Assembly: GCA_951406725.2 (NCBI GenBank)
Contig: OX597816.1
Coordinates: forward strand, 129,208,001-129,272,000
DNA length: 64,000 nt
Origin: Octopus vulgaris
Lineage: Eukaryota
Direction of reading: 5' to 3'
Shown here: positions 1 to 17,300 of the stretch, one piece after another
Position numbering within the stretch: the first letter of the stretch is position 1
How the letters are laid out: each line of letters opens with the position of its first letter
The notes under the pieces: generated by a model
Told to the model about the DNA's origin: nothing
Databases searched by the model: none
What the model saw: the letters and a program-made list of their open reading frames with translations, nothing else
Translations under genes and position numbers: made by a program

Positions 1-316
1 ATGCTTTGCAATATTTAGTTATATCATTTTAGCTTCTCAGTTCAAATCCATGCTAGAGTTCATTTTACCCTTTAACCTCCTGGGGTTTATATATGTGTGT
101 GTACATACATGCACATGTGTGTGTGTGTGCATGTGTGCACGTGAGTGTGTGTGTGTGCATGTATGTGTACACACACACACTCATATATATATATATATAT
201 ATATAGACAGAGCAAGGCAGAAACAAGGAAAATGCCACTTATATTTGAACACTATACAAATATTCCTTTAAAAAAACATTTCTTTTAATTTTTCTAAATT
301 TAATTATTTAATCGTT

Positions 317-356
317 ACAGTTGAAAAGGTCTCGAAATGACTGAAACCGGTACTGA
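317..356 (+). ncRNA. Degenerate minimal type I hammerhead ribozyme motif (Penelope-type)
   Basis: cag-TTGAAAA-ggtc(tcgaaat)gact-GAAAC-CG-GTA-ctg: stem I cag/ctg, stem II ggtc/gact, palindromic stem III ACCGGT; core is two substitutions from CTGAAGA. Confidence 0.55.
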
Positions 357-412
357 AATGTTCTTTATAAAATTATTTTAGAATTTTCTATTTTGACTTA
401 TTTTTTCATATA

Positions 413-810
413 TCTTTATATATAAAAGTGAGGTTGTGTGCTGTCTGTCTCCTACGATTTAGATTCCTAACTACTCCCACATTTTGCGGTGCAGTTTAAC
501 CAAAACCGGGTATCTTATAGTCGTGATTCATATCGAGCGCTTCTGGGTAGTAGCGTGCGTCTACGATGAGTCTACGATTTAAAAAAAAATTTACCATCAA
601 TTTTTCCCATTTTTAATGCATTTTTGGCATATATAAGGGAAGTAACTCTCTAAAAATTTATTACTAAATCTCAGAACGTAAAAAGCTACAGTAACACCCC
701 CTCCCTTTGTGGTTAGCCATATTGAGATGGCTATTATACTTTACATCTCTAAAAATGCTTATATAGTTATTTCCCTTACAAACCTGAGCAACGCCGGTCG
801 ATACTGCTAG
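413..810 (+). mobile_element. Non-autonomous Helitron (~400 bp)
   Basis: 5' TCTTTATATATAAAAG, subterminal GC-rich motif cctgagcaacgccgg, 3' CTAG; inserted between A412 and T811 with no TSD. Confidence 0.8.
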
Positions 811-864
811 TATATATATATACCATTATCATCATCATATATATATGAATATATATATGTATAA

Positions 865-1070
865 ATATATGGTTCAGAAATATACCAAACATGCAAAAAA
901 CAGAGACAGGTGAAAGAATCAAACTGGATGTACTAGTCTGACACTCCAGAAAAATGGAGGAAGTTTTCAATGTTTCAAGATTTTGCTCTTCTACAAAAAG
1001 AAATAAGGAGAGAAAACAGATGGCGAGAGGAAAAAAGTGTCTGATTTTATAATGTTCTATTTTGCATACA
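865..1070 (-). mobile_element. Decayed copy of short HHR-bearing repeat (CUGUNGA family)
   Basis: Minus strand 1001-964 reads cttt-TTGTAGA-agagc-aaaa-tctt-GAAACATT-gaaa; flanks resemble the copies at 28.6 kb and 49.9 kb. Confidence 0.5.
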
Positions 1071-1437
1071 TATCTATATTACACACACACACACACACAG
1101 ACACACACACATGCACTCATGCATGCATGCACACACACACTTGCACACATGCACACACATACATGCACACATGGACACACATACACACACACACATATAT
1201 GATGTTACACTGACACTCAATTCTAGGTACACTTATCAAAACAGTCAAAATGACTGTAAAATATTGAAGATGATTATGTGAGCCCTTCTCTTTGTAATGA
1301 AATGCTGATCACTTAATGTGGATGGAGCATGTGGAAGAAGGGGGCCCGGGAAGACATGGAATGATGTAGTGAAGACTGTAGTATGCACTCAGTACATATG
1401 TACCAAGAAATAACGCTTGAATACAAATATTTAATAA

Positions 1438-1470
<33 letters not shown>

Positions 1471-2200
1471 TTAACATCCACTTTCCATGCTGGCATGAGT
1501 TGGACAGTTTGACTGAGGACTGGCAAGCCAGGAGGCTGCACCAAGCTGCAATCTGATTTGGCAAGGTTTCTACAGCTGGATGCCATTCCTAACACCAACC
1601 ACTCTGAGAGTGTAGTGGGTGCTTTTTAAGTGCCACTGGCACAGGGGCTATTCTAGTGGTACTGGTACTGACCATGCTTGAATGGTGCCTTTTACGTCCC
1701 ACTGGCAGGGTAGTCAGTCAAGCAGCACTGGCAACGACCACACTTAAATGGTGTTCTTTACATGCCACTGGCATGGGTGCCAGTCAGATGGTACTGGCAT
1801 CAACTATGACAATGATTTCAATTAAATTGAACAGGTCTTCTCAAGCATAGTCAGGCAGCACTGGCAATGACAATGCTCAAATGGTGCTTTTTATTTGCCA
1901 CTGGTACAAGAGCCAGTCAGGCGGCACTGACAATGATCACATTCAAATGATGCTTTTTACATGCCACTGGCATGGGAGCCAGTCAGGTAGCACTGGCAAC
2001 GACAACACTCGAATAGTTCTTTTTATGTGCCACCGGCACAGGTAAGTCAGGTGGTACCAGCATCAGCCAAGACAATGATTTCACTTAACTCAACAGGTCA
2101 TCTAATGATTGAAGGGTACTCTCAAATGGGCTGGTTATGCAACACTAGCATTGGCCATGGCTACAATCTCACTTGGCTTGCTGGGTCTTTTCAAGCAAAG
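1438..2200 (-). mobile_element. RTE-family 3' UTR fragment with ~60-bp tandem repeats and (GAT)n tail
   Basis: Same 3' sequence as the RTE pieces at 20.4, 28.9 and 38.5 kb; several gtgccactggcac-containing units; (CAT)n at 1438-1470. Confidence 0.8.
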
Positions 2201-2254
2201 CATGTCCCCTCTTAGCAAATTTCAGGCCTTGTGCCTATAGTGGAAAGGATTATT

Positions 2255-2908
2255 ATTATCTTTACTATTCAGTAGTTTTATTTTAACCACGTGCTTTCAC
2301 TGCACTACTGAGCACAGCTCTGTGTGCCTTGGGTATGTGATGTGGTTTGTTGTGGTGCTCTTATTTTCACTGTATTGAAAGTGTTTTATGTAGGATGTGT
2401 GCAGTGCCTAGTAGTGCTATTTTCTGTATGTTATATATACTTGTAAGTCCTGGTGTTTTTGCTATGAATTTGTCAGAATGTTTTTTTTATCATACCTAAT
2501 GTGTCTACTATGATAGGAATTGTTTCTGTTTTTAGGTTCCACATTTGAGTTTTGAAAGTTTCTCCATTTCTTTTAGAGAAACATTGTCATCTGTTGGTAT
2601 TGACACATTGGTTAGAAAGCATTTTTTCTTGGTGATCTCCAACAACTATAGCCAGTCTATTGGCCTTAATTTCTCTGTGTGTATTGGCATATCCCAGGGT
2701 ATGGTTGCTTTCTCATTTTCTGTGACCTTTTCTGGCATGTGCCTATACCATGTTTTTTTTCTGTTGTTATTCCATAGTGTTGGCATAGCTTCCAGTGTAT
2801 ATAGATCCCAACTCTGTCGTGTCTGTGAATATATTCCTTTTAAAGTCAGGATTGGCAGCCAGAGACAATATGATTTATTGTTTCTTCTCCATCACCACAT
2901 ATTCTGTA
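2255..2908 (-). mobile_element. R4/Dong-type LINE 3' fragment (RLE domain)
   Basis: Minus strand encodes IPIIVDTLGMIKK...PGLTSIYNIQKIALLGTAHIL, homologous to the C-terminus of the 43.3-45.5 kb LINE; (TTA)n on both sides. Confidence 0.75.
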
Positions 2909-3499
2909 GTTATTATTATTATCATTATTATCATTATTATTATTATTATTATTATTATCATCATCATCATCATCATCATTGTTATTATTATTCATTCATT
3001 CATTCACTCATTCATTCATTAAACAAAAACAGTTTGGAGGACTTATGCAAGCCCTACCTTTTTTTTTTTTGTACCAAATGGTGATAAAGATGTAGTTGAT
3101 GCACAGTTTGAAATGCAAGATTTCAAGATAAAAGCCAACAATACAATATACATTAACAAATTAAATATATATATAAACCACCACTGACTGTTTACCATTA
3201 CTAGAATACATACCCCCGAAATACATACCAGAAATCAAAAAACAAAAAAAAATCACTGAGGTAAGTTTCAATGCCCACAACACATCCTGAGAGAAAAAAA
3301 TTACAGATAATACTAGAGGTGATACAATAGCATAACTATATAACTGTGTGTACATTTTAAACAACCCACACTTACATATCCATTTCTTCACCAAGCTAAC
3401 TGCTACAACTCCTCCTCAAATATCATCTTCTGCTTCATACACCTAGCTACCACAATCACATGGCAAACAGTACCCCTCCAACTTTCCTCTGACCACTGC

Positions 3500-8780
<5,281 letters not shown>

Positions 8781-8808
8781 CATTTATCTTCCGCCACAAA
8801 ATATCAAG

Positions 8809-8867
<59 letters not shown>

Positions 8868-9016
8868 TATGTGTGTGTGTGTGTGTAATGTATGTATGTA
8901 TGTATGCATGTAAGTATGTATGTATGTATGTATGTATAGATAAATAGATAGATAGATAGATAGATATGTATGCTTGTATACACACACACACACACACACA
9001 TATATATGCGCATGCA

Positions 9017-9107
9017 TGGCTGTGTGGTAAGATGTTTGCTTCCCAACCACATGGTCATATGTTCATTCCCTCTGCATGATACCTTGGACAAGTGTCTCCT
9101 ACTACAG
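9017..9107 (+). mobile_element. tRNA-derived SINE (family A), 5' part; continues at 12752-12820 after the RTE insertion
   Basis: ggctgtgtggtaagatgtttgcttcccaaccacatgg...ttggacaagtgtc; body resumes as ccccagg...aaaccttgtaaatggatttt, matching intact copies at 25.5 and 27.2 kb. Confidence 0.85.
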
Positions 9108-12100
9108 AAATACTTTAAAAGGGAAAAACGTGAGAAAAATTTAAATTAAATTAACGATAGACAAAAGCATGTGCCTTCTCGCACATAAACACATTATTCA
9201 CACTTATACAAACATACGCAGACGCAAATATTGAAGTACTAAATGGCTCTCCCTCACTTGTCCTTCCCATTAATGCCATTGCTCAACCAATTCTGAACGA
9301 TCTTGTCAGGTCAGGTCTGTTGTATGCAGCATCGGATCCTACTACTGGTAAACTGTAAACCAGTACAACCTGTGTCAGTGGGGTAGAAAGGGCTCCTTAG
9401 CCGTAGTGAAGGCAACCTATCTAGGGAGATAACCTTACAATAAATCACTCAGCCCGTAGCTTAGAAGTACTGGGTTGACGTCCAGCGGGAACAGCTTTGT
9501 TTCATGGAGGAGGAAAGATCTTCTTTAGTACTTGGTTGTACAATGCTTTCCAATGTGTGTAGTAGTGGCGCGCGCACACATTATTAGCCATTTGAAAAGA
9601 CTATGGAATTTACAATTAACTGCACCAGGGTTCCTCTTCCCCAGGGAACCAGACCTAATGGTATACCTGCGGATGTAGGTCCAGCCCCTGCTTTGCCGGG
9701 TCCTGTCTCTGATCATGTTGCACCTCCAAGGGCATCCATTGACGGTGATGCCCTCAATCTTAACAGACGGGTATCACCTGATGGAGAAGAGTCAGCCCCC
9801 AACCAAACAACACCAAACAAACACCTCATCAGCTGTAAAAATCATACGATACTCAGCACCCTCAATGCCCGCACCCTCAGCTCTCTTGGCCGTCTAGAAG
9901 AACTTGGTGCAAATGCAGAATCACATGGCATTGATATAATAGCTGTCCAAGAACACCGATTTTACCACCCTGACAACATCCTCAAATACCATCAAGTCGG
10001 TTCTTATCAACTTGTAACCTCCTCAGCATCAAAGAATACTGTTAATTCAACAGTTGGAGGTATCGGATTTCTACTTTCATCAAAGGCTAGTGATACTCTC
10101 TTGAGTATAGAGTCAATCTCACCTAGAATTATGGTGCTTGAGATAGATGGAAACCCAAAAACAACATTGGTATGTGTGTATAGCCCACATAATTCGTCTG
10201 TGGCAGACGAGATTGAGAGTTTTTATACAACCCTTCGTTCAACCATTGAGCAAGTACCTCTCCATAATTTTCTGGTTATAGCTGGTGATCTGAATGCTAG
10301 ACTAGGACCCGATGAGACCAAGTTTACTTTCAACTCTAAAACCAATCGGAACGGAGAAATGCTCAAAGACTTCTTGGAGGAATTTAATCTCTACACCTCC
10401 AACAATTCTTTTATGAAACCAAAAGGTCAACTTTGGACATTTGAGTCCCCACTTGGTGATAGGGCACAAATTGACTACCTCATCTTTCGAAAGAAATGGC
10501 GCAATAGTGTTAAGGACTCGAGATCCTACTCTTCCTTTAGTTCTGTCGGCTCTGACCACAGAATTGTATCAGCTACCGTTAAGCTTAGTCTTCGCTCATC
10601 CAAAAAAACTAAGCCTCACCCGATCAAAATGATCGACTGGGAGGAAGTCTTATCTAACCCCGATATGTCCAAACAATTTACTATTGAGGTCTATAACAAA
10701 TTTCAATCTCTGTCTACTTCTGAAATAGATGCTGAGAACATTGAGGAAGTATACAGCAGCCTCATCAAATCAACAGAGGAAGTTGCACTGGCTACTCTTC
10801 CCAAAAGGAAGAATAGGGGCCAGAGCAAACCTTCTAATTCCCCAAATGTCATCGAAGCCAGAAACCATCTAAAGTCTATATCACTAGCTTACCACCGTTC
10901 TCCATCCCAGTCACTGAAGATCCAACTCATAGCTGCCAGGAAGAATCTTGATGAGGCTTACTTGAACGCCGAGGTCGAATTTATCAATGGCAAAATTGGT
11001 AAACTATCGAAAGAGCACATTAGTAAAAAACACCATCTCGCCTGGAAATCCATCAAAGACCTATCAGGCAAAAATTCTGGGTCATCAATTAGAATTAAAG
11101 GGGGATCAGCTAAGAAGCGTTTAGAAAATTGGTCAACCCATTTTAAAAACCTCCTTGGGAAGAATGCCAAAATCCCTGATAACCCCACTCTCCCAAGTGT
11201 GCCTATATCAGACACGCTGGACATCAACACCTCCCCTTTTACCATATTTGAACTAACAGCAGCCACCAAGCAACTAAAAGCCTCGAAAGCATTTGGTCCC
11301 GACAACATTCCGGCTGTGATTTGGAAGGATGATAGATTTCACACACTTTTGCTTAACCTCTGCAACCACACACTTTCCACCTTTGTCGCTCCAAAGATTT
11401 GGCACCAGTCTCAAATCATTCCAATACCCAAAAAAGGCGATTTGTCCCTCGTCACCAACTACAGGGGCATATCTCTAATGTCAATTGCTGCAAAACTGTA
11501 CAACAAACTGATCCTAAATCGTCTTGTCCTTTTTGTTGAACCTTTGCTCCGAAAGAACCAAAATGGATTCAGACATGGGCGCTCAACGCTGAGCCAGATA
11601 CTATGCCTGTGCAGACTTATTGAAGAATCAAAAGCATTTAATCGCGATCTTGCAATGGTATTTGTAGACTTTTCTAAAGCGTTCGATTCTGTAGATAGGT
11701 GCAAGATGTTTGAAATCCTTAAGCTCTATGGGATACCAGACAAAATTATTTCTGCCATGAAGGTCCTCTACACAGATACGTCTTCAACCATCTTAACCCC
11801 TGATGGAGAAACATCATCTTTCTCGATCAAGGCCGGAATACTGCAGGGAGACACACTCGCCCCATTTCTTTTCATCATTGTTGTTGATTATGTGCTACGT
11901 ATGTCAGTTGATACCATCTCTGGCAAGGGCTTTGAAATAAAACCAAGAAGAAGTTCCAGACACCCAGCTGAGTACTTGACAGACACTGACTTTGCTGACG
12001 ACATCGCTCTTATCAGTGATTCTCTCTCCAATGCCCAGTCTCTTTTACAATCTCTTGAACAAGCCTCAAATTGTGTAGGTCTTTACCTTAATGAGACCAA

Positions 12101-12751
12101 AACTGAATACATAAACAAGTGCCTGTCCAACAGTGATTGCATCATCCACACTCTCAACAGTGCACCTTTAAATATGGTTTCTGATTATAAATATCTTGGG
12201 TCATACATATCATCATCTGGAAAAGACTTTCTAACTAGAAAGGGTATGGCCTGGTCAGCCTGTAATGACATGCATAAGATCTGGTCATCAAATCTAGGTA
12301 GAGACTTCAAACTTGAAATATTCAAAGCCACAGTCGAACCAATCCTACTATATGGCTCAGAAACCTGGACGTTATCAAAGAAGCTTGAGAGGCGGTTGGA
12401 TGGAACCTACACTCGCCTCCTTATGAGAGCTCAAAATCTCTCGTGGAGGCGCCATCCAACTAAAATGCAAATATATGGGAAATTACCACCTGTGTCATCT
12501 CTTGTGAAGGGTAGGAGAGTCCAGTTTGCTGGACATTGTTGTAGAGCTGAAAAAGAAGTAATTTCTACTCTTCTCCTCTGGAAGCCATCTACTCGCAACA
12601 CCAGAGGGCGCACACTCTCCTACCCTGATGTAATCTCCAGGGATACAGGCATCCAGCAACAGGACCTCCGTAATGCTATGATGGACCGTGAAGTCTGGCG
12701 CAACATGGTAAATTCCATTGTCTCGACCACGGTCGAACAATGATGATGATG
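9108..12751 (+). mobile_element. Full-length RTE-clade LINE retrotransposon
   Basis: TSD actacag at 9101-9107 and 12752-12758; ~495-bp leader; single ORF; (TGA)n tail starting at the stop codon. Confidence 0.93.
9603..12743 (+). CDS. LINE ORF: APE endonuclease + reverse transcriptase (1046 aa, uninterrupted)
   Basis: APE motifs TLNARTL, AVQEH, VYSPH, GDLNA, IDY, SDH; RT motifs PKKGD..NYRGISL, QNGFR, DFSKAFD, QGDTLAP, FADD, YLGS. Confidence 0.95.
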   Translation: MEFTINCTRVPLPQGTRPNGIPADVGPAPALPGPVSDHVAPPRASIDGDALNLNRRVSPDGEESAPNQTTPNKHLISCKNHTILSTLNARTLSSLGRLEELGANAESHGIDIIAVQEHRFYHPDNILKYHQVGSYQLVTSSASKNTVNSTVGGIGFLLSSKASDTLLSIESISPRIMVLEIDGNPKTTLVCVYSPHNSSVADEIESFYTTLRSTIEQVPLHNFLVIAGDLNARLGPDETKFTFNSKTNRNGEMLKDFLEEFNLYTSNNSFMKPKGQLWTFESPLGDRAQIDYLIFRKKWRNSVKDSRSYSSFSSVGSDHRIVSATVKLSLRSSKKTKPHPIKMIDWEEVLSNPDMSKQFTIEVYNKFQSLSTSEIDAENIEEVYSSLIKSTEEVALATLPKRKNRGQSKPSNSPNVIEARNHLKSISLAYHRSPSQSLKIQLIAARKNLDEAYLNAEVEFINGKIGKLSKEHISKKHHLAWKSIKDLSGKNSGSSIRIKGGSAKKRLENWSTHFKNLLGKNAKIPDNPTLPSVPISDTLDINTSPFTIFELTAATKQLKASKAFGPDNIPAVIWKDDRFHTLLLNLCNHTLSTFVAPKIWHQSQIIPIPKKGDLSLVTNYRGISLMSIAAKLYNKLILNRLVLFVEPLLRKNQNGFRHGRSTLSQILCLCRLIEESKAFNRDLAMVFVDFSKAFDSVDRCKMFEILKLYGIPDKIISAMKVLYTDTSSTILTPDGETSSFSIKAGILQGDTLAPFLFIIVVDYVLRMSVDTISGKGFEIKPRRSSRHPAEYLTDTDFADDIALISDSLSNAQSLLQSLEQASNCVGLYLNETKTEYINKCLSNSDCIIHTLNSAPLNMVSDYKYLGSYISSSGKDFLTRKGMAWSACNDMHKIWSSNLGRDFKLEIFKATVEPILLYGSETWTLSKKLERRLDGTYTRLLMRAQNLSWRRHPTKMQIYGKLPPVSSLVKGRRVQFAGHCCRAEKEVISTLLLWKPSTRNTRGRTLSYPDVISRDTGIQQQDLRNAMMDREVWRNMVNSIVSTTVEQ

Positions 12752-12859
12752 ACTACAGCCCCAGGACAATCAAAACCTTGTAAATGGATTTTGCAGAGAC
12801 AAACTAAAAGAACACCATTGCATGCGCGTGCACACACACACAGCATTGTTCTCATTCGG

Positions 12860-13075
12860 ATGTAGAAGCTGCAGGCTGGAAGAGGACTCATGGCAAGCCC
12901 TGCACCAAATGGCTGGATGTGATTAAGAAAGATCCCCAGAGGCTTAACATCACCTGAGAGGATGCAGATGGGCTGGTTCAGGACCACCAGCAATGGAGAG
13001 CACTGGTTGACTTGGTCAGCTCTACACATGATGCCATCTCTGGGACCACTGACACCCAGCCTCATCAAGCAAGAG
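12860..13075 (+). mobile_element. RTE LINE 3' fragment
   Basis: Translates as GWKRTHGKPCTKWLDVIKKD...AxGLVQDHQQWRALV, a typical RTE C-terminus. Confidence 0.65.
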
Positions 13076-13697
13076 CATGAAACAAACAAAATGAAGTTTT
13101 CTCAGCCTCTACATCATAATATGATCACTATTGATATTTCGTTCATTTTATAATACAATTTCATGATAGCACTAAGCACCAAATATTAAAGACTTTGGCC
13201 ATGTATGTAAATGGCCCATATCAAATTTCAACACATTTGGAGAATATCTAACCTAAAAACAAAGCAAATATGTTCATGTGTGTTGACCTGATTACAAATA
13301 CTAACGTTTTATGACTGTCCTTTTCCCAAATTTCGGCCATGCTTTCTCCCATGCCTACACCTATGAATAGATATATGTATGTGTGTGTATGTGCATTACT
13401 GTGTCTTTGCATGTGATAGATAGTCATAAACAAACTTCATTATAATGCAAGTGTGTTGTCCTTCTGTACTTATCTTGCATTAAAATGTCTAGTCATGGAG
13501 AATATGAACTTGCATGCGAACAGGTGGGATTTGGTGAGTAACAAGAACAGTGGAGGACAAGAAGGGCATCTAGTTGTAGAAAATCTGCCTCAACAAATTG
13601 TGTCTGATCCATGCAAGTATAGAAAAGTGGACATTTAAAGATGATCATCATCATCATTATGATCATGATATAAATAGATGAATAGTTAAATAGAAAG

Positions 13698-13756
<59 letters not shown>

Positions 13757-13876
13757 AAATATATATATAATGATTTCTCAACATAAGTACCAATTCCAAG
13801 TAATTTCACCATGCTCATGTGTATGCATATGTAGATAGATAGATAGACAGATAGATAGATAGATAGATAGATAGAG

Positions 13877-13954
<78 letters not shown>

Positions 13955-14399
13955 ACTTACATATATATATGTTATTTCCTTTGAATGTTCCTAGTTGTGT
14001 CCAAAATGGGTCAAGTATGCTAGTGGAGTGGATCATCAACCTAAGGCTTATGAGATGGAAGGGAACACTTACAGCATCAAATCCCAAAGCTTCTCACCCA
14101 GAGGCCTTGAGGCCTTCAAAGTAAACGTACTGGGTATCATCCTTAAACTGAGATGTTGTCTAGGTGTTTCTGACATCCCTTTTTTATCATATCTAGGGCA
14201 CCTACAATAACAGGAACAGTTCTTGCTTTAAGATGCCACATTTTTTGTATTTCAATTTTCAGGTTCTTGTGTTTATTTAATTTGTCAAATTCCTTTGCAG
14301 ATGTATTTTTATCAGTGGGAACACTTACATTTTTTAGTCTACAAGTATTTTTTTCTAGTCTTTAATAATTAAATAATTATGTCTGGTCAGTTAGCCTGT

Positions 14400-17300
14400 A
14401 ATTATTATTTCTCTTTATCACAGGTTTTGTTGGGGCTCCTGGAGTCATACATGCATAGCGGGCTTGCTGTCTGCAACCTACAGTACCATGCTATCCATTC
14501 TTTTCAGCTAATACTTTCTTGATTATTCTGACTATGCCAAGGAGTCAAACCTTTTGTAACTGTTCTACTGGGCACTCAATTCCAATTTCTTTTATATTCC
14601 CCTTGATGCCTTCTGACACTGTTCTCAAGGACCCAGCAATAACTGGCACTATCTTCACCTTCTTCATTTTCCATTTTATCACCTTCCTTCTTGACTAAAT
14701 AAGAGGGTTGTATTTTTCACCTTCCTTCTTGACTAAATAAGAGGGTTGTATTTTTCACCTGCCTTCTTGACTATTCATGGGTCAAAGAGGCATGCAACAT
14801 CAACTATATAGTATATGTGGTGCATCTTGTCCACCACCATTAGATCCAGTCTATTATGCTATAGCACCTGAGCTGCTTGGATTGGAAAATCCCAGAGGAT
14901 TTTGCTGGGCTCTGACTCTGCCACTCTCTGCTGTTTGTGTTCAAACCATGTTTTGCTTCTCTCTAACCCCCACTTTTCACACAGTTTCCAATGTAGCACT
15001 TTTTCTACCTGATCGTGTTGCCACAACTGATAGTGGTTTTGAGCAAGTCTAGGGCATTCATTCGTGATATGGGCAATGATTTCATCCACTAAATTGCAGA
15101 TGTGGCACATTAGAGATACTTGCACATTCCTAAGGTTGACCCTTCAATTCGTCACCAAAGCTTGGTCTTGTGCTACCAGTATAGTGCTCTTGGTCTCTTT
15201 TTTCAGTGTTTCTTTCATCAGTCAATCCCACCTATTTATTCCAGCAACTTCTGTTATGGCTGCATGGAAGTGATTGTGTAATCCCTTCTTGCATAATTCT
15301 TCTTCCTTTTTTCTCTGCTTTCAATACTCCTTTGTTCCTAACTGTCACTAGCAAGGTTTCCTTACTTTGGGCTAGGTATCTCATTAAGCTCTCGAGTTTG
15401 ATGCTCATGCAGTCTTTCACACTTATCAGTCCTCTTCCTCCATTTGCTCCCTTCATGTATAGGCGATCAATATCCGCACATGGATGATGGGCTCCATGCA
15501 TCATTAGAAGCTTTCTTGACTTCCTGTCCATCTCCTTTAGTTCCTCCTCTGACAACTTCAGGATTTCAGTGCCATACCAAACTATTGTGATTGTATGCAA
15601 GTTTATTGCTAACTTTATGCTCCTGGCATTTAGCTTTGAAGCCAATATTTTTCTCACTTGCTGCAGGTACTCTCTTTCAGTCTTTTCCTTCATGCCATTG
15701 TGTTTGATTCCATCTGCTTCAAGTATTCTCAGATATTTGTAGCTCGATTGTGGTTGAATTGTCTTCATTTCACCACTTGGCAACCATATGCCTTCTGTCC
15801 TGAAAAGCTTTCTTCCTCTCATCACCATTGTAACACATTTTGAGCATCCAAACTCCATCTTAATATCTTTGGAGAAAATCCGCACAAACTAAACTAGGCT
15901 GCCCAGTTTTGCCTCAGTTTTTGTGAATAGTTTCAGGTCATCCATGAATAACAAGTGGTTCAGTTTTCCCTTTCCTCTTCCCAGATCATACCCCAACTTT
16001 GTTTTCTGTAGTATTTCACTCAAGGGGATCATTCCCAGCATAAAGATCAGTGGGGAAGATACTTCTCTTGAATTTTACCTCTCCTAATACTTGATTCTCT
16101 GCTGTCAATTCCATTCTCCAGCATTTCATGCTATTCCATATAAGGCTTCTCATATTTTCTGCTACTCCATACATTTCCATTGTTTTTATTATCCAGAAGT
16201 GTGGTATCATATCGTATGCTTTACAATAGTCAACCCATACTATGCTCAGGTTTCTGTGTCTTCTCTTGCAGTTCCTGATAATTAGAATTAAGAGCTGATC
16301 CTTCATTCCCCGGCTCCTCTTTCGGTACCCTTTCTGTTCAATAGGTAACAGCCCACTGTTTTCCAGGTATCTATACAGTTCACCAGCCAATGCACCTGAC
16401 ATTAGTTTCCACATTAGAGGAAGGCACATTATTGGATCCTTGGCACACACCAATGTCTTCCCCTTTGTCATCCAGCTGGGTACTGCACCTTTCTGCAAGC
16501 ACTCATCTAGCTGTTGTTCTATTCTTTCATAGAGCCCTGTCAGCTTCTTCATCCGATAATCTTCGACCCCATCTGGTCTTGGGCTCTTCCAATTTGGGAA
16601 TTTTTTTAACTGCTTTTTTATCATTTCTGTAGTTATCTTTGTGTCTTCTTGACCGTGTATATTTCTTAACCTATCTTAGATTTCACACAGCCACTCCGCT
16701 TCATCATTATGCCCAACAGGTTGGTCTCAGATCTGGAGAGAATGTCCTGCTTTCCTCTGCATCTGGTATCATTGTTACATGTAATTACCCATCTACTTCC
16801 TGAAGCAGTTTCTTCTGATTTGCTTCAACAATCTGTTTTGCCTGAATTGTTTTGTTCTATTGCCATATCTTTCCGGTTTTGCTTTGATTGCTGTTACTCT
16901 TTGTTTCAATTCTTCCAATATCACACCATACCCTTTATCTCTTATTCTATATGTTCTTTCCAGCATCATTCTTATACTTTCTTTCTGTAGTTCCCATCTA
17001 CTCAATCTATCAAATTGTCCTAAATGTCTTTTTAACTTTATTTGCTTCTCACAAATTCGTCTACGCCAGAATGGTTCTTTATGTTCTGTTTGTTCTCTTC
17101 TTTTGTGTCCAACTCTATCTGCAGCAACCATAGTTGCAACCCAAATAATCTCGTTAGTTTCAGTTATATCTCTAATCTGGAATAGCCCGAGAACCGAATC
17201 TATCTTTTTGATTTCAACTTTGTGCTTGCATCACTCAATGTACCTCAGATTGGGTGGGTGGGGGGTGCTTGATCTTGGTCTTCTCTAAAATATCATCTCA

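Noticed and set aside
1205-1262. ctga...aaacagtc/gactgt HHR-like pattern
   Set aside because: Core incomplete and stems mutually exclusive.
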